Positions 24,530 to 32,857 of a stretch of 46,756 bases of DNA are shown here, piece by piece. The notes under the pieces were generated by a model. It searched no databases. It was not told where the DNA came from and worked only from the letters and a program-made list of their open reading frames with translations. Within the stretch, counting starts at the first letter, position 1. Every line of letters begins with the position of its first letter. The position numbers were made by a program, and so were the translations under genes. Origin of the DNA: a virus; IMG/VR virus record IMGVR_UViG_3300045988_161382; one strand, 5' to 3'.

Positions 24530-24784
24530 ATGAAAGTCAAAAAAAGAACATATTTTCTTATTTCAATATTAGTGATGTTTTGTATCATTACTCCAATCTG
24601 TTACTACCAAAACAAATTGGATGCTTATAAAACAAAAGTTCAACAACAAAAGGGAAAGATTTCTCTTTTGGAAGATTATTACAGTGATGCTTTAGCTGAT
24701 AAGAACCGCTTTGAAGGTTTATATGACAGTGTTCAAGAAGATAACAAGTATCTTATAGCTCAATTAGAAGAACTTCAAAAATGA
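24530..24784 (+). CDS. TM plus coiled-coil protein; probable N-terminal part of a split 3D-domain protein
   Basis: RBS AAAGGAGAA. TM helix YFLISILVMFCIITPICYY. Ends at TGA 24782-24784 and the frame stays open afterwards (RTLGQFTITYYWP). Confidence 0.6.
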   Translation: MKVKKRTYFLISILVMFCIITPICYYQNKLDAYKTKVQQQKGKISLLEDYYSDALADKNRFEGLYDSVQEDNKYLIAQLEELQK

Positions 24785-24791
24785 AGAACTC

Positions 24792-25145
24792 TTGGTCAGT
24801 TTACTATTACTTACTACTGGCCCAGGAGAAGATCAATACGGTCGTTTAACTTCTACAGGTGCTATTGCTGAAGAAGGAAGAACCATAGCGGTAGATCCTA
24901 CAATCATACCATATGGTTCGATTATAAAAATCAATGGAAATGAATATCTTGCGGAAGATTGCGGTGGAGCGATTAAGGGTAACAAGATAGATATCTTCGT
25001 TGACAGTCCAAAAACGCAAAAGTACACAGTAGAAATCTATAAAAAGAGAGGAATAGAATATGACAAAAAAAGATTTAGAAGACATCATCCAAACCGCAAA
25101 AGCTGCAGGTGCAGATGTCAAGGTTGTTCAAATTGGTTCAACTGA
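24792..25145 (+). CDS. 3D-domain (MltA/YabE-like cell-wall-binding) protein fragment
   Basis: GRLTSTGAIAEEGRTIAVDPTIIPYGSIIKINGNEYLAEDCGGAIKGNKIDIFVDS is the 3D-domain signature. It has only a TTG start, no RBS, and lacks the first strand, which is encoded in the neighbouring frame. Confidence 0.6.
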   Translation: MVSLLLLTTGPGEDQYGRLTSTGAIAEEGRTIAVDPTIIPYGSIIKINGNEYLAEDCGGAIKGNKIDIFVDSPKTQKYTVEIYKKRGIEYDKKRFRRHHPNRKSCRCRCQGCSNWFN

Positions 25146-25440
25146 AAAGGAAACAGGAACAGATGAAAGACCAGAAGTACCATTACTTAAATTAGAATTA
25201 AGCATCAAGAAAGATGGAAATGCACTTTCGGTATTAGCTAATGCTGATTGGAACATCTTAGGAAGTCTTTTCTTAGAAATGGCTCCAATCAATATTGACA
25301 TTGAAAAGGTCAAAGAAATGTTTACACCGGCTAAAAATGCTTTCATGCATTGCAGTAATGAATTGGATAACTACATCCAAGAACAATTTAAAGGAGCTTT
25401 AGAGGATGAAAAAGAAAGAATTAGAAGAAAGAGTTGCTGA
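25060..25440 (+). CDS. hypothetical protein
   Basis: 126 aa with RBS AGAGAGGAA. Overlaps the 3' tail of the 3D-domain frame. Confidence 0.55.
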   Translation: MTKKDLEDIIQTAKAAGADVKVVQIGSTEKETGTDERPEVPLLKLELSIKKDGNALSVLANADWNILGSLFLEMAPINIDIEKVKEMFTPAKNAFMHCSNELDNYIQEQFKGALEDEKERIRRKSC

Positions 25441-25573
25441 TTTAGAGAGTTCAATCATTTGCATGGAATGTAAGGATCATCTAGACAGTGATGATTATCT
25501 TCAACTTGGTTATCTCAATCAGGAATTAGCACAATGCAAAAGGGATCTAGAAGATGGAAACTACGAACTATGA
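25406..25573 (+). CDS. small hypothetical protein (55 aa)
   Basis: RBS AAAGGAG. MKKKELEERVADLESSIICMECKDHLDSDDYLQLGYLNQELAQCKRDLEDGNYEL. Bridges two overlapping genes. Below the ORF-track cutoff. Confidence 0.4.
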   Translation: MKKKELEERVADLESSIICMECKDHLDSDDYLQLGYLNQELAQCKRDLEDGNYEL

Positions 25574-26270
25574 GAAGTTCTTTCCTAATTGCAACATCGA
25601 TTATGTTAAAGATGAAAAACATTGGCATCAATTAAGAGGTAAAGGAATTGGTGGTTCTGATGCAGGAATTGTAATGAACGTAAACAATTACAAAACACCT
25701 TATGAATTGTGGGAGGAAAAGACAGGTGCTAAAAAGCCTGTATTTCAAACGAGTGAGGCAATTGAAAAAGGGAATGCATTGGAACCAGTCCTCATTGATT
25801 TGTTCGGTGTTCTTTATAAAAACAAGTTTGAATTGATTGATACGAAAGATATCAGTCTTTCAAACAAGAAATATCCATTTTTAAGAGCAAATCTTGATGG
25901 AGCAATGATTGAAATTGCAACCAAAGAAAAATGGGGATTAGAGATAAAATCAACGACCATCCAAAATGGTGCGATGTTAAAAGAATGGGCCAATGATCAC
26001 ATTCCAATTACTTACTATTTCCAAGTATTGCATTACATGATAACCACTGGATTAAGGCATTTTGTCTTATATGCAATTCTTGATATTCCGTGGGCAAATA
26101 ATGGTGCAGGGAAGCAAGAAACAAGAGTTGTTTATCTTCACTATGATGATTTGGTGCTAGATGCAAAATATCTATTTAAAACGGAGTTGTGGTACTGGAA
26201 CTTAATCGAAACACAAACACCACCACCGTTCCTTGAAAACAGAAACAAAGAATTAAAAGAAGTCAGTTAG
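25554..26270 (+). CDS. YqaJ-like viral recombinase exonuclease
   Basis: WHQLRGKGIGGSDAGIVMNVNNYKTPYELWEEKTG plus LDG...EIK motifs of the lambda-exo/YqaJ fold. RecT is encoded in the same operon. Confidence 0.85.
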   Translation: METTNYEKFFPNCNIDYVKDEKHWHQLRGKGIGGSDAGIVMNVNNYKTPYELWEEKTGAKKPVFQTSEAIEKGNALEPVLIDLFGVLYKNKFELIDTKDISLSNKKYPFLRANLDGAMIEIATKEKWGLEIKSTTIQNGAMLKEWANDHIPITYYFQVLHYMITTGLRHFVLYAILDIPWANNGAGKQETRVVYLHYDDLVLDAKYLFKTELWYWNLIETQTPPPFLENRNKELKEVS

Positions 26271-26284
26271 AAAGGAGAACCTAT

Positions 26285-26998
26285 ATGAATGAACTATTAA
26301 AAGTAAATTATGACAATGACCGCATTACATTGTCAGCAAGAGAATTACATGAATTTTTAGGTATCAAATCAGTATTCACAACATGGTTTAATCGTATGTG
26401 CGAATATGGATTTCAAGAAAGCAACGACTTTCTTCCAATTTTGGAAGAAAGTTCTGGTGGTAGACCATCAACAGATTATCAAATCACTTTAGACATGGCA
26501 AAAGAAATTGCAATGATCCAACGCAGTGACAAAGGAAAAGAAGTCAGACAATACTTCTTGGAATTGGAAAGAAGATGGAACAGTCCTGAAGCTGTAATGA
26601 ATAGAGCACTTGAGTATTCAAGAAAACAAGTAAAAGCTTTGATGGAAGAAAAACAAGGTTTGATTGAAGAAAATAAAGAATTGAAACCTAAAGCTCTATT
26701 TGCTGATGCAGTAAGTGCCAGCAATGAATCAATTTTGATTGGTCAGTTGGCAAAGCTTATCAGACAAAATGGCTATGAAATTGGTCAAAATCGTTTGTTT
26801 GAGTGGATGAGAGAAAACGAATATCTAATTAAAAAAGGTGAACGTTATAATCAGCCAACACAAAAATCAATGGATCTTGGATTGTTTGAAGTCAAAGAAA
26901 GAACAATTACTAATCCAGATGGAAGTACAAGGATTACATTGACTACTAAAGTAACAGGTAAAGGTCAAGTGTATTTCATAAATAAGTTTTTATCGTAG
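26285..26998 (+). CDS. antirepressor (AntA N-terminal plus KilA-C domain)
   Basis: SARELHEFLGIKSVFTTWFNRMCEYGFQESNDF...DYQITLDMAKEIAMIQRSDKGKEVRQYF is the AntA part. ILIGQLAKLIRQNGYEIGQNRLFEWMRENEYL is the KilAC part. Confidence 0.8.
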   Translation: MNELLKVNYDNDRITLSARELHEFLGIKSVFTTWFNRMCEYGFQESNDFLPILEESSGGRPSTDYQITLDMAKEIAMIQRSDKGKEVRQYFLELERRWNSPEAVMNRALEYSRKQVKALMEEKQGLIEENKELKPKALFADAVSASNESILIGQLAKLIRQNGYEIGQNRLFEWMRENEYLIKKGERYNQPTQKSMDLGLFEVKERTITNPDGSTRITLTTKVTGKGQVYFINKFLS

Positions 26999-27015
26999 AA
27001 GGGAGAAGGAAAAAA

Positions 27016-28524
27016 ATGAATGAGTTTCAATCAGGGCTACTCAATGAGCTAGTAGCTGTAAAAATCACAACCAAAGAAGAATTTGAAAAAGTAATCAATT
27101 TCCTATCAATCAACAACTGCTTTCTTGTGAATGGAGAACCAGTTGTAAAGCTAACATATCCAGGAGATAAAGCGTTTGTCATTTTAAAACAAGACAATGC
27201 AATCTTCTGGCAACCAGCTAATCAAGTGTTAGATGAACGTTATAAAGTTGTCAGCGTTATCGAATTCTTTAGACCAACTGAAGAAAAGGTCGTTGAGGCC
27301 AAAGCTAAAGTTATTGAAGAAGAGGTTGCTATCAACGAAAAAAACCTATCTATAGTTGTCAACCTTCCACCTAATGGTGGATTTATAGAATCGAATGCAG
27401 ATGACCTTTTAAAATTAATACCAGCAATCGAGGCCAAAAAAGGTGTAGTGGTTGATGAAAAAAATTATAAAGATTTCATTAAAAAAACAATTGGAATAGT
27501 TCCTTTGTATCGAAACTACGCAAAAGATTTAAAAAAAGATTTAAAAAGAAATGAAAAACAATACATGGAAGAATTCAAAGTTTTTGAATCAAAAATAAAG
27601 AAGGTTATTGATGCATTAAATGATACTGCAGATACAGTAGCTGAAAATGTGGATGTATTTGTTCAAAAGCAAAAAGAAGCTATTAGAAAAGAACGTCAAG
27701 CAGCTATTGATCAACTAAAAGAAGTATTGATTTCTAGAAAGATGATTTCAAAGGAATATGCTGATCAGTTCGTTTTTGATGAAAAATGGCTTAACGCTTC
27801 AACATCCAAAAAGAAATTTGAAGAACAAGTTGAAGCACAATTCAATGCTTTAATGGAAAAAGAAAAGAATGACAAATTGAATTTAGAAATGGTTGAAAAA
27901 ACAATCATCAATGCATGTCTTATTGCAAATATTGATGAAAAGCTTATTTCAAGAGAAAAATATCAAGCTCTTTTAAATACTGAAGGTCTTCCTAAAGTAA
28001 CTGAAATGATTACTGATGAAGTAGACAACATCAAAAAGCAATCACAAACAGTGGCTCAACAAAAAGAAGCAGAACTTCAACAACAAAAGGAAGAGTTTGA
28101 AAAGAGACAAAAAGAAGCAGAACTTCAACAACAAAAGGAAGAGTTTGAAAAGAGACAAAAAGAAGCTGAAATCCAACATCAAAAAGAGTTGGAAGAAATC
28201 AAAAAACAAGCTTCTCAAACAGTTGAAAATCAACCTAAATACACACCAGTTAAACGTGGAGAAGAAACGATTGCTAACGTAAATGATAAGTATATCGTTA
28301 CTGAAATCAAGCAAACGCCTGAAAAGTTCCAAGGCAGAACATGGAAGAAAACGTTTGAGTTTGAAGGTGATTTAGCAGCACTTCAAATGTTGAACAGATA
28401 CATGGATGTAATCAAAAGCATCAATCCAACATTCGGCTTTGGAGAAGTTAAATTAACTGAAAAAGAACTTAGCGACCCACAAACAGGAGCAATCAATAAA
28501 TATAACGTAAAGGAAGTTAATTAA
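27016..28524 (+). CDS. DUF1351-like recombination-module protein with internal tandem repeat
   Basis: 502-aa charged coiled-coil protein between the exonuclease and RecT, as DUF1351 proteins are in Gram-positive phages. Recognition is weak. Confidence 0.5.
   Translation: MNEFQSGLLNELVAVKITTKEEFEKVINFLSINNCFLVNGEPVVKLTYPGDKAFVILKQDNAIFWQPANQVLDERYKVVSVIEFFRPTEEKVVEAKAKVIEEEVAINEKNLSIVVNLPPNGGFIESNADDLLKLIPAIEAKKGVVVDEKNYKDFIKKTIGIVPLYRNYAKDLKKDLKRNEKQYMEEFKVFESKIKKVIDALNDTADTVAENVDVFVQKQKEAIRKERQAAIDQLKEVLISRKMISKEYADQFVFDEKWLNASTSKKKFEEQVEAQFNALMEKEKNDKLNLEMVEKTIINACLIANIDEKLISREKYQALLNTEGLPKVTEMITDEVDNIKKQSQTVAQQKEAELQQQKEEFEKRQKEAELQQQKEEFEKRQKEAEIQHQKELEEIKKQASQTVENQPKYTPVKRGEETIANVNDKYIVTEIKQTPEKFQGRTWKKTFEFEGDLAALQMLNRYMDVIKSINPTFGFGEVKLTEKELSDPQTGAINKYNVKEVN
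28063..28158 (+). repeat. 2 exact copies of a 48-bp in-frame tandem repeat (KEAELQQQKEEFEKRQ), with a diverged third copy
   Basis: aaagaagcagaacttcaacaacaaaaggaagagtttgaaaagagacaa at 28063-28110 and 28111-28158. Degenerate continuation to about 28190. Confidence 0.9.
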
Positions 28525-28877
28525 TGACTGTAGGAGATAACATAAGGAAAGTAAGAAAAAAAAGGGGGCTTACTCAAAAAGAATTAGCAAAATTATTAAA
28601 TGTGAGTGAGCCTATGGTAAGCCAATACGAATCTAAAGAAACCTTGAAATTAGAAACTATAAAAAAAGTAGCTAATGCATTAAATATAAGCTATTTTGAA
28701 TTATTAGATATTAGTGAAACAACTAAAGAATCCAACATTCAAAAAATCACACTGAATGTTGAAATAAAAAACATTGATGAAGAAACAAAGAAAGCTGAAA
28801 AATTAATAGAATTATTAAAAGAAGCCAAATCATTAGTGGATGATCTAGCTTCGATTGATTTTGAAATTCATGTTTAA
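28524..28877 (+). CDS. XRE-family HTH protein
   Basis: IRKVRKKRGLTQKELAKLLNVSEPMVSQYES. TAATG overlap with the previous gene. Confidence 0.75.
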   Translation: MTVGDNIRKVRKKRGLTQKELAKLLNVSEPMVSQYESKETLKLETIKKVANALNISYFELLDISETTKESNIQKITLNVEIKNIDEETKKAEKLIELLKEAKSLVDDLASIDFEIHV

Positions 28878-28910
28878 AAAATATTACAAGACAAAAGGAG
28901 AAAATAAATT

Positions 28911-29672
28911 ATGGCAGTACAAAGCATGGTACAACAAGCAAGTCAAGCAAGAGAAAACAAAATTACAACAATTAAAACAGATACAGGAGAAATTAAATTA
29001 AGCTCAAATATCGTAAAAAGCTATTTGGTTGCTGGAGGAGGTAATGTGAGTGATCAAGAAGTTAAATTGTTCATCGCATTATGTTCAGCACAAAAGTTAA
29101 ATCCATTCATCAAAGAAGCACATTTAATCAAATATGGTAGTAGTCCAGCAACAATGGTTGTTTCTAAAGATGTCTATCAAAAAAGAGCAGATAAACACCC
29201 CGAATATCAAGGAAAAAAAGCAGGAATCATTGTTTTAACTGCTGAAGGTAAGATTGATTATCGTGTTGGTACATTCTATATTCCATCAAGAGAAGAACTT
29301 GTAGGCGGATGGTGTGAAGTCTATAGAAAAGACAGAGAACCTGAACGTGTAGAAGTATCACTTGATGAATATGTTGGTAAAAAGAAAGATGGAACAGTCA
29401 ACGCTCAATGGAGTGGTAAACCAGCAACAATGATTAGAAAAGTTGCAGTTGCTCAATGTTTAAGAGAAGCTTTTACATCAGAATTCCAAGGAATGTATGT
29501 TCCTGAAGAAATGGGTGTCGAAGATACGACAAGCAACTTTGTTGTAGAAGAAACTCCTCAAGTACATCAAGCAATTGAAGCAACTACTGCACCAACAATG
29601 CAAGATATCATCAATGAGGAAAAACAAACTGAAAAAGTTCCAGTTGATGACTTTGATCCAATGTCAATGTAG
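28911..29672 (+). CDS. recT: RecT-family single-strand annealing protein
   Basis: FIALCSAQKLNPFIKEAHLIKYGSSPATMVVSKDVYQKRA...GGWCEVYRKD...MIRKVAVAQCLREAF is a RecT signature. Confidence 0.85.
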   Translation: MAVQSMVQQASQARENKITTIKTDTGEIKLSSNIVKSYLVAGGGNVSDQEVKLFIALCSAQKLNPFIKEAHLIKYGSSPATMVVSKDVYQKRADKHPEYQGKKAGIIVLTAEGKIDYRVGTFYIPSREELVGGWCEVYRKDREPERVEVSLDEYVGKKKDGTVNAQWSGKPATMIRKVAVAQCLREAFTSEFQGMYVPEEMGVEDTTSNFVVEETPQVHQAIEATTAPTMQDIINEEKQTEKVPVDDFDPMSM

Positions 29673-29683
29673 AGGTTTTCAAA

Positions 29684-29869
29684 ATGGATAAGTTAAAGGA
29701 ATTTAGAAATTCCAAGAAGTTATCACAAAAAGACATGGCAATTCAAATTGGGGTTTCACCTTCGTATTACTACAAGGTTGAGAGTAGTTATCAAACTCCA
29801 AGCTATGAATTCCTATTGAAGTTTAAAAAGAAATTTCCAAATGTAAGTGTTGATAAAATATTTTTCTAG
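29684..29869 (+). CDS. small XRE-type HTH protein
   Basis: LKEFRNSKKLSQKDMAIQIGVSPSYYYKVES. Confidence 0.65.
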   Translation: MDKLKEFRNSKKLSQKDMAIQIGVSPSYYYKVESSYQTPSYEFLLKFKKKFPNVSVDKIFF

Positions 29870-30346
29870 GCAAAACAAAACGTCAATAAGAGCGCTATTC
29901 TTACTGACGTTTGCCTGAATTTGTTTACTCTTTACATATGCAAGCGAAAAAGTATAAAGCTTAATCACTACACTATATAGCGCATAATGCTTCTATGTAC
30001 GCATCATCACTTATGCAGTTTCAGTTCTGCATGATAGCCTTCAAAAAAGCTAGTTAAAGGTTTGCCCGTTAGTTGATGATTCATGGGAATTGATGTAGTT
30101 CTTTAGCATTTTAACGTGTGCCATCACTGCGTTATTAACGTGATTTCCTTCACGAAAGTGAAAACTACAGAGCAATTATTTTTACGCCTGTTGACCTGTC
30201 GAGGCATCAGTTTGTTGTCCCCACAATAAGAGAACAGGGCAAAATCAAAAGTTTTGTCAAAAAGACCACTCTCCATTCTGCCACATAGGCAAGATATATT
30301 TTATCACAATTTGGAAATTTATAAAAGAAAGGATGTTAACAATGAA

Positions 30347-30661
30347 ATGGCTAGAGAGGTAGATACGAAAGGCTATGTAAAACTGTATAGAAAAGCAATG
30401 AAGGATCCCGTTTTTAAAGATTCTAAAGCATGGCATTTATTCACGTATTGCCTCTTTAATGCCACTTTTGATAGCAAACGTGGCGAGGTTGGGTCCTTCG
30501 TTACTACAATGGATCAAATTAAAGATGATTTAGGATGGAAAACAAGAATGACAGTAGACAAATTTATGAAAATCCTAAAAGAAGGTTCGTATATTGATTA
30601 TAAGACATCCAATAAAGATACCACCATTTATGTACCTAATTATTCTAAATATCAAGATTAA
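30347..30661 (+). CDS. replication initiator-like winged-helix protein
   Basis: GYVKLYRKAMKDPVFKDSKAWHLFTYCLFNATFD...TMDQIKDDLGW is the pattern of Firmicutes phage replication/DnaD-like initiators. Iterons lie immediately downstream. Start is uncertain: ATG 30347, while the ORF is open from TTG 30254. Confidence 0.6.
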   Translation: MAREVDTKGYVKLYRKAMKDPVFKDSKAWHLFTYCLFNATFDSKRGEVGSFVTTMDQIKDDLGWKTRMTVDKFMKILKEGSYIDYKTSNKDTTIYVPNYSKYQD

Positions 30662-30676
30662 ATAAATGGATTTGCT

Positions 30677-30760
30677 GTCTAAAAATTATACATCCGTTGT
30701 ATAAAAAATAGACACCGGTTGTCTAAAAATTATACATCCGTTGTATAAAAAATAGACACC
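30677..30760. repeat. origin iterons: two exact 40-bp units, 44-bp period
   Basis: gtctaaaaattatacatccgttgtataaaaaatagacacc at 30677-30716 and 30721-30760. Each unit is a nested palindrome (GTCTA...TAGAC and TATACA...TGTATA). Confidence 0.85.
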
Positions 30761-30775
30761 CTATCTTTATTATAT

Positions 30776-30810
30776 AAGAACGTAAAGAACGTAAAGAACG
30801 TAAAGAACGA
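30776..30810. repeat. 3.9 copies of the 9-bp tandem repeat AAGAACGTA
   Basis: aagaacgta repeated three times, then aagaacga, immediately after the 40-bp iterons. Confidence 0.9.
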
Positions 30811-30910
30811 GTGGTGAGAGTACACGCAACGATAACAACCCTTCGCACACGACTTTGCAGATTGCTATATATAGTAGTAACTCACACTCACAGAAAGGAA
30901 TTTAGAAATT

Positions 30911-31429
30911 TTGGAAAAAAAGGAATTAAGAGAAATTTTGAAATTTTACAAAAGTATGTATGTAGGAGCAATGATTAACATCGAAGATAAAACTTTGTTT
31001 GCTACGTGGTATGAAATGCTAAAGGAATATTCATTTGAACAAGTAAAGAATGCGATTATTAAAAGAACATCTCAATCAAGTTATCCAGCTAATATTCCTG
31101 AAATTATTTCTAACATTGAAGTTCCTGAATACACAATTGAAAAGATTCCACCCAACACAGTAATCATTCAGTTTGAAGATGAAACCTATGGAAACTTTCC
31201 GTTTAGATTTTTAAACTCACAAGATGCTAAAGAATATTCCAAAAAGTTTCAAGAATGCAATTACGATAAAGAATCAATCAAGATCTTACATGAAGAACAT
31301 GTTAGAAAACGTAATTCTTTGGTTCTTACATACAGGGGAGAAGCAAAGGCAAGATTAGAACAAAAACTTCAAAATCAAAATAACAAAGGAAGTAGAAGAT
31401 ATGATAAACAGAGTAGTTTTAGTTGGTAG
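30911..31429 (+). CDS. G39P-like helicase loader / replication accessory protein
   Basis: TTG start. FATWYEMLKEYSFEQVKNAIIKRTSQSSYPANIPEII resembles the SPP1 G39P loader family (W..L.d..fe.v..A......kfpP...eI). Confidence 0.45.
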   Translation: MEKKELREILKFYKSMYVGAMINIEDKTLFATWYEMLKEYSFEQVKNAIIKRTSQSSYPANIPEIISNIEVPEYTIEKIPPNTVIIQFEDETYGNFPFRFLNSQDAKEYSKKFQECNYDKESIKILHEEHVRKRNSLVLTYRGEAKARLEQKLQNQNNKGSRRYDKQSSFSW

Positions 31430-31865
31430 GATGACACGTGATCCTGAACTCAGAAGAACTCAAAACGGTTCAGCAGTTACAAGTTTTACTTTAGCGATTA
31501 ATCGACCAAAGAGAAATGATGAAGAGCAACAGGCTGATTATATTTCATGTGTTGTTTGGAATAAAGTCGCTGAAAACGTTGAAAAGTACTGTTCTAAAGG
31601 TTCACTGGTTGGAGTTGAAGGAAGACTTCGTTCAAGATCTTATGACAACGCTCAAGGTCAACGTGTATATGTTACTGAAGTTGTTTGTGATTCAGTTCAG
31701 TTCTTAGAAACAAAATCTAAAGACAAATATGAAGAACAACAATATCATTCACAATCAACATACAATCCAAATCAATACCAACAACCAACGCAAAATCAAC
31801 AACAAGACAGTTTTATGAATGAAAATCCACCTTTCAACATCATGGAAGATGACATTCAATTCTAG
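31401..31865 (+). CDS. ssb: single-stranded DNA-binding protein
   Basis: MINRVVLVGRMTRDPELRRTQNGSAVTSFTLAINR...VVWNKVAENVEKYCSKGSLVGVEGRLRSRSY is the OB fold. Q/N-rich linker and acidic tail MEDDIQF. Confidence 0.95.
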   Translation: MINRVVLVGRMTRDPELRRTQNGSAVTSFTLAINRPKRNDEEQQADYISCVVWNKVAENVEKYCSKGSLVGVEGRLRSRSYDNAQGQRVYVTEVVCDSVQFLETKSKDKYEEQQYHSQSTYNPNQYQQPTQNQQQDSFMNENPPFNIMEDDIQF

Positions 31866-32008
31866 TCTAAAATAAAAAACTTAAAATTTTCGTTTCTAGC
31901 GAGTGTTTGTTTTAAAGATGATTAACTTTACCAATTATCTAAAAACATTCGTTAGAATGAATATTTGACCAAGAAAATAACAAATTAAACAAAAAAGGAG
32001 AGATGAAA

Positions 32009-32857
32009 ATGCTAATAAAAAAGGATGAAGAACCGTTTTTCTATAAATTTCTTTCAATAGCAAAGGAAATCATCAGGAAAAATAAAAGATACACACCAGT
32101 ATTTTATGGCGACGATGAAAAGCTATATCTAGTATGTAACAACTATGCTGCAGTTTATGATTTTCAAAGTAATTTGCTTTTAGATGATGAATTAAGAGAA
32201 TTTGGAAAAATCCCTTATGAATTATCGGAATTACCAAACGGGGATATGAAATTGACAAAATCTGAACATTTTAGCTGTCAAGAATCATATTTAATTGCAA
32301 TTAGAAATTTTTTCAAACATACAGGGTATATGTCGAAAAAGGTTTTTTCTGTTGATAAAGGTGATCCTTACAAGATTCCTAAAATCGTTGAAGTGACACA
32401 AAGATGGATTTCTGAAGAAGATAATAAGATTTTGGACAAGATAGGATTTCCTGATATCTATATGTTGGATGCAAAACGTGTTGATGAATTTATTACGCTT
32501 GCTGGTGATTGGAACCCATATTATTTGGCAGCTTGTGATCAAACCGAATTAAATGGTGGACAAACCACTATCACAATGACAGTTTACTTCAATATCAAAG
32601 AAGATCCTAAGAAAAGTGCTTGTGATCAACAAACAATGGAACTTTTACAACAACCTACGAACTATGACGAATTCGAAGATATGAATGTAGAAGAACTTGA
32701 AGATGAAGTGGCTTCTGAAGGTGTAGTTGAAGCAACTGCTGAACAAGAAAAAATGATTGAAGATGATTATCAAGAAGAGGAACAATTGGATGCACTTCTT
32801 GAAGATGCTATTGTTCCAGAGGAATTAGAAGATGATTTCGACCCAATGCTCGCTTGA
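32009..32857 (+). CDS. hypothetical protein with long acidic C-terminal tail ending DDFDPMLA
   Basis: About 282 aa. ATG 32009 is better spaced from AAGGAGAG than ATG 32003. No family recognised. Confidence 0.6.
   Translation: MLIKKDEEPFFYKFLSIAKEIIRKNKRYTPVFYGDDEKLYLVCNNYAAVYDFQSNLLLDDELREFGKIPYELSELPNGDMKLTKSEHFSCQESYLIAIRNFFKHTGYMSKKVFSVDKGDPYKIPKIVEVTQRWISEEDNKILDKIGFPDIYMLDAKRVDEFITLAGDWNPYYLAACDQTELNGGQTTITMTVYFNIKEDPKKSACDQQTMELLQQPTNYDEFEDMNVEELEDEVASEGVVEATAEQEKMIEDDYQEEEQLDALLEDAIVPEELEDDFDPMLA

Noticed and set aside
28042-28332. ORFs 28042-28332 (minus strand) and 28097-28282 (plus strand) over the 48-bp tandem repeat
   Set aside because: These are alternate-frame or antisense artefacts of the repeated AAG/GAA-rich sequence inside 27016-28524.
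30677-30810. A CRISPR-like array (also considered for 43115-43186)
   Set aside because: There are only two 40-bp units separated by 4 bp, plus a 9-bp microsatellite. The other array has 11-bp phased boxes. Neither has repeat-spacer architecture, and there are no cas genes.
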